DNA of 32,000 nucleotides from Tannockella kyphosi (GTDB taxonomy: Bacteria > Bacillota_I > Bacilli_A > Erysipelotrichales > Coprobacillaceae): assembly GCF_021054785.1 (NCBI RefSeq), contig NZ_CP088239.1, forward strand, positions 1,290,001 to 1,322,000. Direction: 5' to 3'. This document shows, one piece after another, positions 1 to 7,078 of the stretch (position 1 is the first letter of the stretch; each line of letters begins with the position of its first letter). The notes beneath the pieces are model-generated. The model did not search any database. It was given only the letters and a program-made list of their open reading frames with translations, and was not told the origin of the DNA. A program made the position numbers and the translations under genes.

Positions 1-1567
1 ATTGCATACGGATAGTACCTTTTAGATTTGCATCACTTAATGCATGGGTTAATTCTACCATTGCTTGACTACTTTTATTTTGTTCATAGAACAGTTCTCC
101 TAGAACTGCTTCTGGTACTCCTATTGCTTCTTTGCCAATTGATTTTAATATAATTGGTTTAAAGACAGGAAATAGTGCTTTATAATATGGAATCCATGTT
201 ACTAAGTCTATTCCTCCATTCATAATAGAAGCAAAATTACCGGTAGGCATGATGTTTTTTAATTCAAACCCAAATTTTTGAATATAACCATAACAATATG
301 TTAAATTCTCTCTTAATTGTTTTGCTGATACACAAGGACTAGCCATTAATGTTCGTACATACACACTAATAATAGCTTCAAATCCTGTTGGAGTTGTTAT
401 TTTAGTTGCTTGTTCTTTTAGTTTCTGTAAGTAATATTGACTTTGTTCTGGTTGCATACGATATGCATAAAACATTGCCTTTGCTCCTATAACACTAGGA
501 TTTTCTTTTTCACGTTTTTCTGTTAGTAAATTTATATATTGATCACTAATTTGTGCAAAAGAACAACCATCCGCATTTTCTAATAAATAAATAACTATTT
601 CTATTATCTTATCAATATTATTAGATTTCTTATAACAATATAATGCTTGTTCAAATAAACGTTCTTCTTCATAATGATTTGCTGCTATTTCATATACTCT
701 TTGCTTACTTTTTTCTTCTAATAAATTTAATCGATGATGAAAATATTGAAATACTATAGGATCAAAACGAAATAAGTCTGGTACTTCAAATGATAAAAAA
801 GACTCTCTTTCCATAACACTACTCAAAACTACTTCTACATCACTGCCTAGAATTAGTTTTGCTATATCGTAATGAAAATCAGAAAATATTCCTAATTTTG
901 TTAATGATTCTTTTAATAAGAGTGGCCATTTATCAAATTCTATATCCATATGATAAAAGAAATCTTGTTTTGCTAATAGATGTACTCTTTGTAAGTCTTG
1001 GCTCTCACAAACATGAACTAAATAGATTTGAATAAATAAAGCACGTCCGTTTGTAAATTCAATACAGTCTTTTGCTATATCATTGATTTGTTTTTTCTTT
1101 AATCCTTGTAACTCTTCTTGCTTTTCTAACATATCTAGTACTTGATGATAACCAATTACTAAAGAATTACTATCCAATACTACTAATCTTTTAGCAATAC
1201 GCAAAGGAATTAAAAAATCAGGTAATGTTGCATTACTTAATAACATTACAAAAATATCTTGATGTTTTTGTAATATATTTATGATTTTATCTTGTTGTTG
1301 TAATGCTTGTAAATTATCAATGATTAGTAATGTATCTTTTGTTATATCTATTGTTTCTAATAACTGTGTAAAATCACTTTGATTAGTATCTAAATAAATC
1401 ATATTTTTAAAATATTCTCTTGCAAAATAAATAGCTTGTTCTGTTCTTCCAAACCCATAGCTACCACTTAAATAAACCATTTTATGTTCTTTTAAAAGAA
1501 GAAACCATTTTTCTTGTACTTTTTTATCTACACTAATAAAAGATGGTGAAATATCATATTGTCCCAT
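1..1567 (-). CDS. MalT/LuxR-type STAND regulator (P-loop NTPase plus helical-repeat region), N-terminal ~522 aa; the 3' end lies beyond the window start
   Basis: Absent from the ORF track because it has no stop codon in the window. I translated the minus strand by hand from ATG 1567..1565, which has GGAGGAGG at 1575..1582 seven nt upstream. The frame stays open to position 2. The N-terminus reads MGQYDISPSFISVDKKVQEKWFLLLKEHKMVYLSGSYGFGRTEQAIYFAREYF...TLLIIDNLQAL. That gives a Walker-A-like GxxGxGRT and a Walker-B-like LLIID, followed by a long helical region with MalT-like character. The family call is by resemblance only. Confidence 0.5.
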   Translation of the reverse strand, partial: MGQYDISPSFISVDKKVQEKWFLLLKEHKMVYLSGSYGFGRTEQAIYFAREYFKNMIYLDTNQSDFTQLLETIDITKDTLLIIDNLQALQQQDKIINILQKHQDIFVMLLSNATLPDFLIPLRIAKRLVVLDSNSLVIGYHQVLDMLEKQEELQGLKKKQINDIAKDCIEFTNGRALFIQIYLVHVCESQDLQRVHLLAKQDFFYHMDIEFDKWPLLLKESLTKLGIFSDFHYDIAKLILGSDVEVVLSSVMERESFLSFEVPDLFRFDPIVFQYFHHRLNLLEEKSKQRVYEIAANHYEEERLFEQALYCYKKSNNIDKIIEIVIYLLENADGCSFAQISDQYINLLTEKREKENPSVIGAKAMFYAYRMQPEQSQYYLQKLKEQATKITTPTGFEAIISVYVRTLMASPCVSAKQLRENLTYCYGYIQKFGFELKNIMPTGNFASIMNGGIDLVTWIPYYKALFPVFKPIILKSIGKEAIGVPEAVLGELFYEQNKSSQAMVELTHALSDANLKGTIRMQ

Positions 1568-1640
1568 ACAAACACCTCCTCCAATCATTTTATCATATAT
1601 TTACATACTTGTAACTTATTAAAAAAGCTTTATCTATACA

Positions 1641-1670
1641 AAACCACTCCAAGTTTACTTAGAGTGGTTT
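1641..1670. terminator. Hairpin terminator downstream of the surface-protein fragment
   Basis: AAACCACTC (1641-1649) pairs with GAGTGGTTT (1662-1670). A/T runs lie on both sides. The stop codon of the minus-strand ORF is at 1678-1680. Confidence 0.6.
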
Positions 1671-1677
1671 TTATATA

Positions 1678-2181
1678 TTATTTTGCTTTTCTTCTTTTCC
1701 TATGCATTAAGATAGATAGAGCCCCAATAATAGCTAAAGCTGTAAATAACGATATATTATTTATATCTCCAGTAAGCACGTTATCATCCAATGACTCATT
1801 ATCAAAATCATCATTTAAATCTTCCTCTGTTGATGGTTTATCTTCTGTAAAATCATCATTTAAATCTTCTTGTACTTTAGTAAAGATAACTTCTAATGTA
1901 TGCGTTGCATATACTTCTTCAAATGTATAACTAGTAATAGCCCCTAGACTATTTCCATCTACTAGGACATCACTTATTTCATAACCTGTTGCAGGAGTGA
2001 AAATAAACTCTTGATCTAACCCTTCATAAACAGCAGTATCCCCTTCAATTACACCTTCCCCTTGTTTAGTAACTGTAATATCGTAAATATCTTTTCGACC
2101 TATGATGATTTCATTAGCAACATTTGTTTCATCTTCATCTAATACTTTACCATCTATTGTAATAGTACCTACTGTATAAGT
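1678..2181 (-). pseudogene. 5'-truncated cell-surface protein fragment with a C-terminal sorting signal (NVLTG, hydrophobic helix, HRKRRKAK tail), cut off by IS copy 1
   Basis: The track ORF is 1678..2208. Its first 9 codons (MGFLLGYCD, 2182-2208) are IS left-end sequence that is also present in copy 2. The apparent start is a GTG abutting AGGAG with no spacer, so it is an ORF-caller artefact. The native part has no Met and no signal peptide. It ends ...DDNVLTGDINNISLFTALAIIGALSILMHRKRRKAK, which is a sortase-type tripartite signal. Confidence 0.65.
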
Positions 2182-2271
2182 ATCACAATAACCTAGCAGA
2201 AAGCCCACTCCTTTAGTGGTGGGAGGAATGCGTAAGATGTGTATAAAATAGTATAAATTATACGTGATTTA

Positions 2272-2280
2272 TGTTATAAT
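2272..2280 (+). promoter_or_regulatory. Extended -10 (TGtTATAAT) immediately upstream of tnpA; possible leaderless transcript
   Basis: TGTTATAAT lies at 2272-2280 and the tnpA ATG at 2287. No Shine-Dalgarno sequence lies between them. The same sequence is present in copy 2. Confidence 0.35.
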
Positions 2281-2286
2281 AAGTAT

Positions 2287-2685
2287 ATGAAAGAATATAG
2301 AAAAACAAAAACAACAACCTCGTTAATTAATTATCATTTTATCTTTTGTCCAAGGTATCGTAGAAAAATATTTTTAATTCCAAATGTAGAAGAAAGGCTT
2401 AAAATCATAGTGGAAGAAACTTGCAAGGAATTAGAAATTGAAATTATTGCTATGGAATGTGATAAGGATCATATTCATTTGTTTATAAACGCATTACCAA
2501 AATACAGTCCTAGTGACATAATGCAAAAAATAAAAAGGAAAAGTGGGTTGATATTAAGAAGTGAATTTTCAGAGTTGAGTCAGATGAAAAGTTTGTGGAC
2601 AAGAAGCTATTTTGTTTCAACTGCCGGTGTTGTTAGTAGCGAAACAATAAAGAGATATGTAGAAAGCCAGAGAAAAAGATATTAA
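2287..2685 (+). CDS. tnpA: IS200/IS605 Y1 (HUH) transposase TnpA
   Basis: 132 aa. It has the HUH motif DHIHLF (H62/H64), the SYFVSTAG motif, and a C-terminal IKRYVESQ helix carrying the presumed catalytic Tyr. It sits directly upstream of tnpB inside hairpin-bounded ends. Confidence 0.92.
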   Translation: MKEYRKTKTTTSLINYHFIFCPRYRRKIFLIPNVEERLKIIVEETCKELEIEIIAMECDKDHIHLFINALPKYSPSDIMQKIKRKSGLILRSEFSELSQMKSLWTRSYFVSTAGVVSSETIKRYVESQRKRY

Positions 2686-2713
2686 ATATCGAAATCAAGA
2701 AGGGAGAAACTTC

Positions 2714-4210
2714 ATGAGTAATTTTTGTATAACAATTCCATTAAAAACAGAAACCTATCAAGAACATATATTAGAAAAACGTTTTGAAATTGGTAGAAAA
2801 ATGTATAATTCTTTAATTGTTATTACTCAAAAACGATATAGAGAAATGACAAAAACAAAAGAATATAAATACATTATGAAACAATATAAGCGAATTCATG
2901 AAGGACATCCTAAAGCTGGTGTAACAAAGAAAGGCCTCGCTAACCGATTAAAAGAAATGCAGAGAGAATATCGTTTATCCGAATATGATTTTCATAAAGA
3001 TGTAAAAGAATTACAACATTGTTTTCGTGAAAATATTGATTCAAACACGTCTCAAAAGATTGCTACGAATTTATGGAAAGCTTATAACAAAGTAATGTTT
3101 AGTGATGGAAAAGAAATTCATTTTAAAAAGTATGGAGAGTTTACTTCGTTAGAAGGAAAATCAAATACAAGCGGAATTCGTCTCGTAAATGAAACACTTT
3201 ATTGGAATGGTCTTATTATTCCTGTTATTATTGATCATTCAAATAGTTATGAAAATGAATGTTTTCAAAACCCTCTTTACAAAATTTGTTATAACCGTAT
3301 TATTCAAAAAGAAATTAGAGGAAAGTATAAATACTATTTACAAGTAGTGTTTAAAGGAACTCCTCCTGTAAAATACAATCCAACAACTGGTGAAGTAAAG
3401 AATCCTAAAAGAGATGGTGTTGTAGGTATTGACTTAGGCACGCAAACGATTGCCTATTGCTCTAACAAAGAAGTAGGATTGATTGAATTAGCTGATAAAG
3501 TACCTAACCTAGAAAAGAAAAAGCGAATCATTTCTAGAAAAATGGATCGTAGTAGAAGAGCTATGAATCCTAATAACTACAATGAAGATGGAACTACTAA
3601 AACAGGAGCTGGACAATGGAAGAACTCCAATCGCTATCTTCGATTAAGAAGCGAACTAAGAGAGCTTAGTAGAAAACAAGCAGCTATTCGAAAGTTACAA
3701 CACGAGACCTTAGCAAATCATCTTTTAACATTAGGAACGACCATTTATGTAGAAACAATGCATTATAAAGGATTGCAAAAACGAGCAAAGAAAACAACGG
3801 TTAATGAAAAGACAGGTAAGTTCAATCGTAAAAAACGTTTCGGCAAGTCTTTAGGAGAAAAAGCTCCTGCTATGTTTGTAGAAATTTTGAATAGAAAGCT
3901 AAACTACATAGATAAAGAAGTTTTAAAAGTAAACAACTATACAACCAAAGCAAGTCAATACAACCATGTTAATCAAACATACAAGAAGAAAAAACTATCT
4001 CAAAGATGGAATGAGATAGAATATAACAACGAAGTGATAAAAATACAAAGAGATTTGTATAGTTCTTATTTATTAATGAATATGAACGAAGATTTAAAAA
4101 CAATGAATCAAGAAAAATGTGAAATGAATTTTGAAGGATTTTTAATCAAACATAACCAAGAAGTAGAAAGATTAAAAGGAAAGAAAAACCTTTCTAGTAT
4201 TGGCATTTAA
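2714..4210 (+). CDS. tnpB: TnpB (IS605 OrfB-type RuvC nuclease), 498 aa, variant without a zinc ribbon
   Basis: The RBS GGGAG lies upstream of the ATG. The RuvC-I motif is VVGIDLG (D240), RuvC-II is IYVETM (E347) and RuvC-III is QRDLYSSYLL (D447). At the positions that normally read SQxCxxCG...RxWxCxxCG, this protein reads SQYNHVN...RWNEIEYN. Confidence 0.88.
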   Translation: MSNFCITIPLKTETYQEHILEKRFEIGRKMYNSLIVITQKRYREMTKTKEYKYIMKQYKRIHEGHPKAGVTKKGLANRLKEMQREYRLSEYDFHKDVKELQHCFRENIDSNTSQKIATNLWKAYNKVMFSDGKEIHFKKYGEFTSLEGKSNTSGIRLVNETLYWNGLIIPVIIDHSNSYENECFQNPLYKICYNRIIQKEIRGKYKYYLQVVFKGTPPVKYNPTTGEVKNPKRDGVVGIDLGTQTIAYCSNKEVGLIELADKVPNLEKKKRIISRKMDRSRRAMNPNNYNEDGTTKTGAGQWKNSNRYLRLRSELRELSRKQAAIRKLQHETLANHLLTLGTTIYVETMHYKGLQKRAKKTTVNEKTGKFNRKKRFGKSLGEKAPAMFVEILNRKLNYIDKEVLKVNNYTTKASQYNHVNQTYKKKKLSQRWNEIEYNNEVIKIQRDLYSSYLLMNMNEDLKTMNQEKCEMNFEGFLIKHNQEVERLKGKKNLSSIGI

Positions 4211-4440
4211 AAAGCATTAAAAAGTATTAACAACAAAACGTCTTGAAACGGGCGTTATACTATCGTTAATTTGTTCAATAGAACGAATGGATAGTGAAAT
4301 TCTTAATGAAAATAATTAGGATTCTCTACATTTCAAACAATAATTATTGTTTTATTTTTGTAGTTAAAGAAGGTTATTTAGTAGTTAAGAACCCCACTAC
4401 TTCAGTGGTGGGAGTTTCAGTTTGAATACCTCGTACAGAC
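4211..4440 (+). ncRNA. Putative TnpB omega-RNA (reRNA): scaffold in the 210-nt tnpB-to-RE tail, with the guide read from the flank beyond 4420
   Basis: The non-coding tail between the tnpB stop and the RE is unusually long. It contains a perfect 18-nt palindrome, AAACAATAATTATTGTTT (4335-4352), and the RE hairpin. It is nearly identical in copy 2. The role is inferred from TnpB biology; no RNA evidence is available. The 5' limit is unknown and could start inside tnpB. Confidence 0.35.
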
Positions 4441-5072
4441 ACAATATTCTTTTCTAAAAGATAAGAGTTAACAGCATCTGGCATTCCACCTACTAGTAAG
4501 AATTTTCTAAAATAGTCCATCGTTTTATAATGCATTGATTCATCCAAGCTTTCTAATTTTTTGAACTTTTTTGATAATATTGATATTGTTATTTCATTAA
4601 CCCCATTTGCATAAAGGAACTCTTCAAAATCTAGTGGAAACATTCTAACTTTTTGAATACTTCCCATTGGAATAGAAGTAGTTTTCAAAAGTGCTACTCC
4701 TAGCAATGATCCACTAGCAATATAATGAAAACAATCATCTTGTACTAAGAACTTTAGAAGCGTTAGTAAGTGAGGATATTCCTGAATCTCATCTATAAAA
4801 ATAAGTGTATTTTCTTTTTGCTGCATTTTATCTCCTGCAATCATGCTTAAGCTAAGATAAAAATCTTCTATTGTTTTTACTTGTTCAAATAGTTTTTCAC
4901 CTAAAGAATCTTCAACCATATTTATCTCAATAAAATTCTCAAATAACTTTCTTCCCGCATAACGTACGATATAAGTTTTCCCAACTTGTCTAGCACCATC
5001 AATTAAAAGAACTTTATTTGATTTGGATTCTAAATGTTCCACTATTGTTTTTTCTATTTTTCTATATAACAT
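4421..5072 (-). pseudogene. 3'-truncated AAA ATPase (AAA_14/DUF4143 family), cut by the RE of IS copy 1
   Basis: The track ORF is 4374..5072. It has Walker A GARQVGKT and Walker B IFIDEIQ, and the start of the DUF4143-type region (GGMPDAV). The last 14 codons (ETPTTEVVGFLTTK) are IS right-end sequence. About 217 native aa remain, whereas this family is usually ~400 aa. GGAGG at 5083-5087 precedes the ATG at 5072. Confidence 0.7.
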
Positions 5073-5096
5073 GATTTAATAACCTCCTATCATAAG

Positions 5097-5180
5097 AAAA
5101 TTGATTTTTCAAGTTAATTTCACCATAATAATATTGACTTTTCAATAAAGAACACATCAATAAAATTGACTTTTCAATAT
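5097..5180. repeat. Three direct copies of ATTGA(C/T)TTTTCAA(T/G), each an internal TTGA-N4-TCAA inverted repeat; operator-like array
   Basis: The cores start at 5100, 5133 and 5165, so the spacing is 33 and 32 bp. The array lies between the ABC operon terminator and the ATPase gene start. Confidence 0.6.
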
Positions 5181-5198
5181 TTAACCTTTATTTCAAAC

Positions 5199-5225
5199 AA
5201 AAAAAAGAAACACAAACGTGTTTCT
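5199..5225 (-). terminator. Rho-independent terminator of the marR-ABC operon
   Basis: AGAAACAC (5206-5213) pairs with GTGTTTCT (5218-5225) around an AAAC loop. On the minus strand the hairpin is followed by a run of 8 T. It overlaps the stop codon at 5225-5227. Confidence 0.75.
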
Positions 5226-7078
5226 TATTGTTCAAATTGTGATTGATATAAAGATGCATAGAATCCATCTTTTTCAATTAATGCATCATGATTTCCTGTT
5301 TCTACAATATCCCCATCTTTTAATACAATGATAATATCTGCATCACGAATAGTAGAAAGACGATGTGCAATAACAAAGCTTGTTCTACCTTCCATTAGTT
5401 TTTCCATTCCTTTTTGTATTAACACTTCGGTACGTGTATCAACAGATGATGTTGCTTCATCTAAGATTAATATTTTAGGATCTTTTAAGAATGCTCTGGC
5501 AATTGTTAATAATTGTTTTTGACCAGAAGAAATATTAGATGATTCTTCATTTAAGATAGTTTGATATCCATCTTCTAATGTATTTACAAAATGATCGACA
5601 TAAGCCATGTTACATGCATTTTGGAATTCTTCTTTTGTTGCTTCTAAGTTACCATATTTTAAGTTATCTTCTATCGTACCATTAAATAACCAAGTATCTT
5701 GTAATACCATACCAAACTGATCACGTAAATCGTGTCTAGAAAAATCACAAATATCATGTCCATCAATAAAGATAGAACCACTATTTAATTCATAGAATCT
5801 CATTAATAATTTAACAATCGTTGTTTTACCAGCTCCTGTTGGTCCTACAATAGCTACTGTTTGACCACTATGAACATGCATACTAAAGTCATTGATAATT
5901 ACTTTTTCTGGATTATAACCAAATCTTACATGATCAAAAGTTACACTACCTTTGATATGTTCAATTTGTTTATCTGTTAAATTATCTTCTTCTTCGTCAA
6001 TTTCCTCTTCTTCTAAAAAGGCAAAAACACGTTCTGCAGCTGCTGCAGTCGATTGTAAATAGTTCATAACTTGTGCTAATTGACTAATTGGTTGATTAAA
6101 AGAACGAACATACGTAATAAAGGCTTGAATATCCCCAATACTAACTGTTCCACCAGTTGCCAACATACCACCAACAATACATACTGCCACATAACCAACA
6201 TTACCAACAAATTGTACCAAAGGCATCATTAATCCTGAAAAGAATTGTGATTTCCATGCTGAGTTATATAAACTATCATTATATATTTCAAACTGTTCTA
6301 CTGAAGCTAGTTCTCCATTAAATGCTTTTACTACTTGATGTCCACCATACATTTCTTCCACATGACCATTCACATCACCTAAACTATTTTGTTGTTGTGT
6401 AAAATGTTTTTGTGAAAACTTCATTACAGAAGCTATTAAAATCATACTAGTTGGTAAAACTAATAAAGCTATAAAAGTCATTGTTACATTAATAGTTAAC
6501 ATCATAATAAAGATACCAACTACTGTTACAAAAGAAGTAATAATTTGAGACATACTTTGATTTAAAGATTGAGCAATTGTATCAATATCATTTGTAACAC
6601 GTGATAATGTATCACCACTTGTATGTTTATCAAAGTATTTTAATGGCATTCTACTCATTTTCTTTGATAAAGATTCACGTAAGTCATATGCTACTTTTTG
6701 TGATACACCAGATACAACAATCCCTTGTACTAAACTAAATACCATACTAACTAAATAGAAAGCTACTAAAACAAGCACTATTTTACCAATATACGTAAAA
6801 TCAATACTACCTGTTCCTTGTATTTTCCCCATAATACCTTCACTTAATTCATCCGTAGCTAATGCTAAAATCTTAGGTCCAACAATACTAAAAATAGTAG
6901 AACCTGCAGCAAAAACAACAACAATTAATAATTTAAAATGATAAGGCTTTAAATATTGAAATAATTTCTTTAAAGTACCTGGTAAATCATTTGCTTTTTC
7001 CATTGCACCTAATTTTGGTCCAGGACCTCCACCCATTGGGCCTTTTTGTCGTTCTACAGTAGGAGTACGTTTATCCAT
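5225..7078 (-). CDS. ABC exporter permease/ATPase half-transporter (consensus-ATPase subunit of a heterodimer)
   Basis: 617 aa with a six-TM-type N-terminal half. It has Walker A GPTGAGKTT, Walker B ILILDEATSSVD, H-loop AHRLSTI and a degenerate signature SSGQKQ. It overlaps the upstream ABC gene by 8 nt. Confidence 0.9.
   Translation of the reverse strand: MDKRTPTVERQKGPMGGGPGPKLGAMEKANDLPGTLKKLFQYLKPYHFKLLIVVVFAAGSTIFSIVGPKILALATDELSEGIMGKIQGTGSIDFTYIGKIVLVLVAFYLVSMVFSLVQGIVVSGVSQKVAYDLRESLSKKMSRMPLKYFDKHTSGDTLSRVTNDIDTIAQSLNQSMSQIITSFVTVVGIFIMMLTINVTMTFIALLVLPTSMILIASVMKFSQKHFTQQQNSLGDVNGHVEEMYGGHQVVKAFNGELASVEQFEIYNDSLYNSAWKSQFFSGLMMPLVQFVGNVGYVAVCIVGGMLATGGTVSIGDIQAFITYVRSFNQPISQLAQVMNYLQSTAAAAERVFAFLEEEEIDEEEDNLTDKQIEHIKGSVTFDHVRFGYNPEKVIINDFSMHVHSGQTVAIVGPTGAGKTTIVKLLMRFYELNSGSIFIDGHDICDFSRHDLRDQFGMVLQDTWLFNGTIEDNLKYGNLEATKEEFQNACNMAYVDHFVNTLEDGYQTILNEESSNISSGQKQLLTIARAFLKDPKILILDEATSSVDTRTEVLIQKGMEKLMEGRTSFVIAHRLSTIRDADIIIVLKDGDIVETGNHDALIEKDGFYASLYQSQFEQ

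Larger units (their letters stand above)
2182..4420 (+). mobile_element. IS200/IS605-family insertion sequence, copy 1 (tnpA + tnpB, autonomous)
   Basis: Boundaries were set by aligning this copy by eye with the inverted second copy at 13944..16181. Similarity starts at ~2182 (aTCACAATAACCTAGCAG) and stops after ...GGGAGTTTCAG at 4420. There are no terminal inverted repeats. Instead both ends carry the same-strand hairpin CCCACT-N8-GGTGGG, at 2204-2223 (LE) and 4393-4412 (RE). Boundaries are accurate to about +/-2 nt. Confidence 0.9.

Noticed and set aside
1804-1869. The 21-nt direct repeat might be a regulatory or recombination repeat.
   Set aside because: It lies in frame inside the surface-protein fragment and simply encodes a duplicated EDLNDDF peptide module.
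1559-1930. Plus-strand 123-aa ORF.
   Set aside because: It is antisense to the surface-protein fragment and spans a terminator and an intergenic region. It has a TTG start without an RBS and low-complexity composition.
2182-2208. The track ORF 1678..2208 might be an intact 176-aa gene.
   Set aside because: Its first 9 codons are IS left-end sequence shared with copy 2. The start is a GTG directly abutting AGGAG, and the native part lacks a signal peptide.
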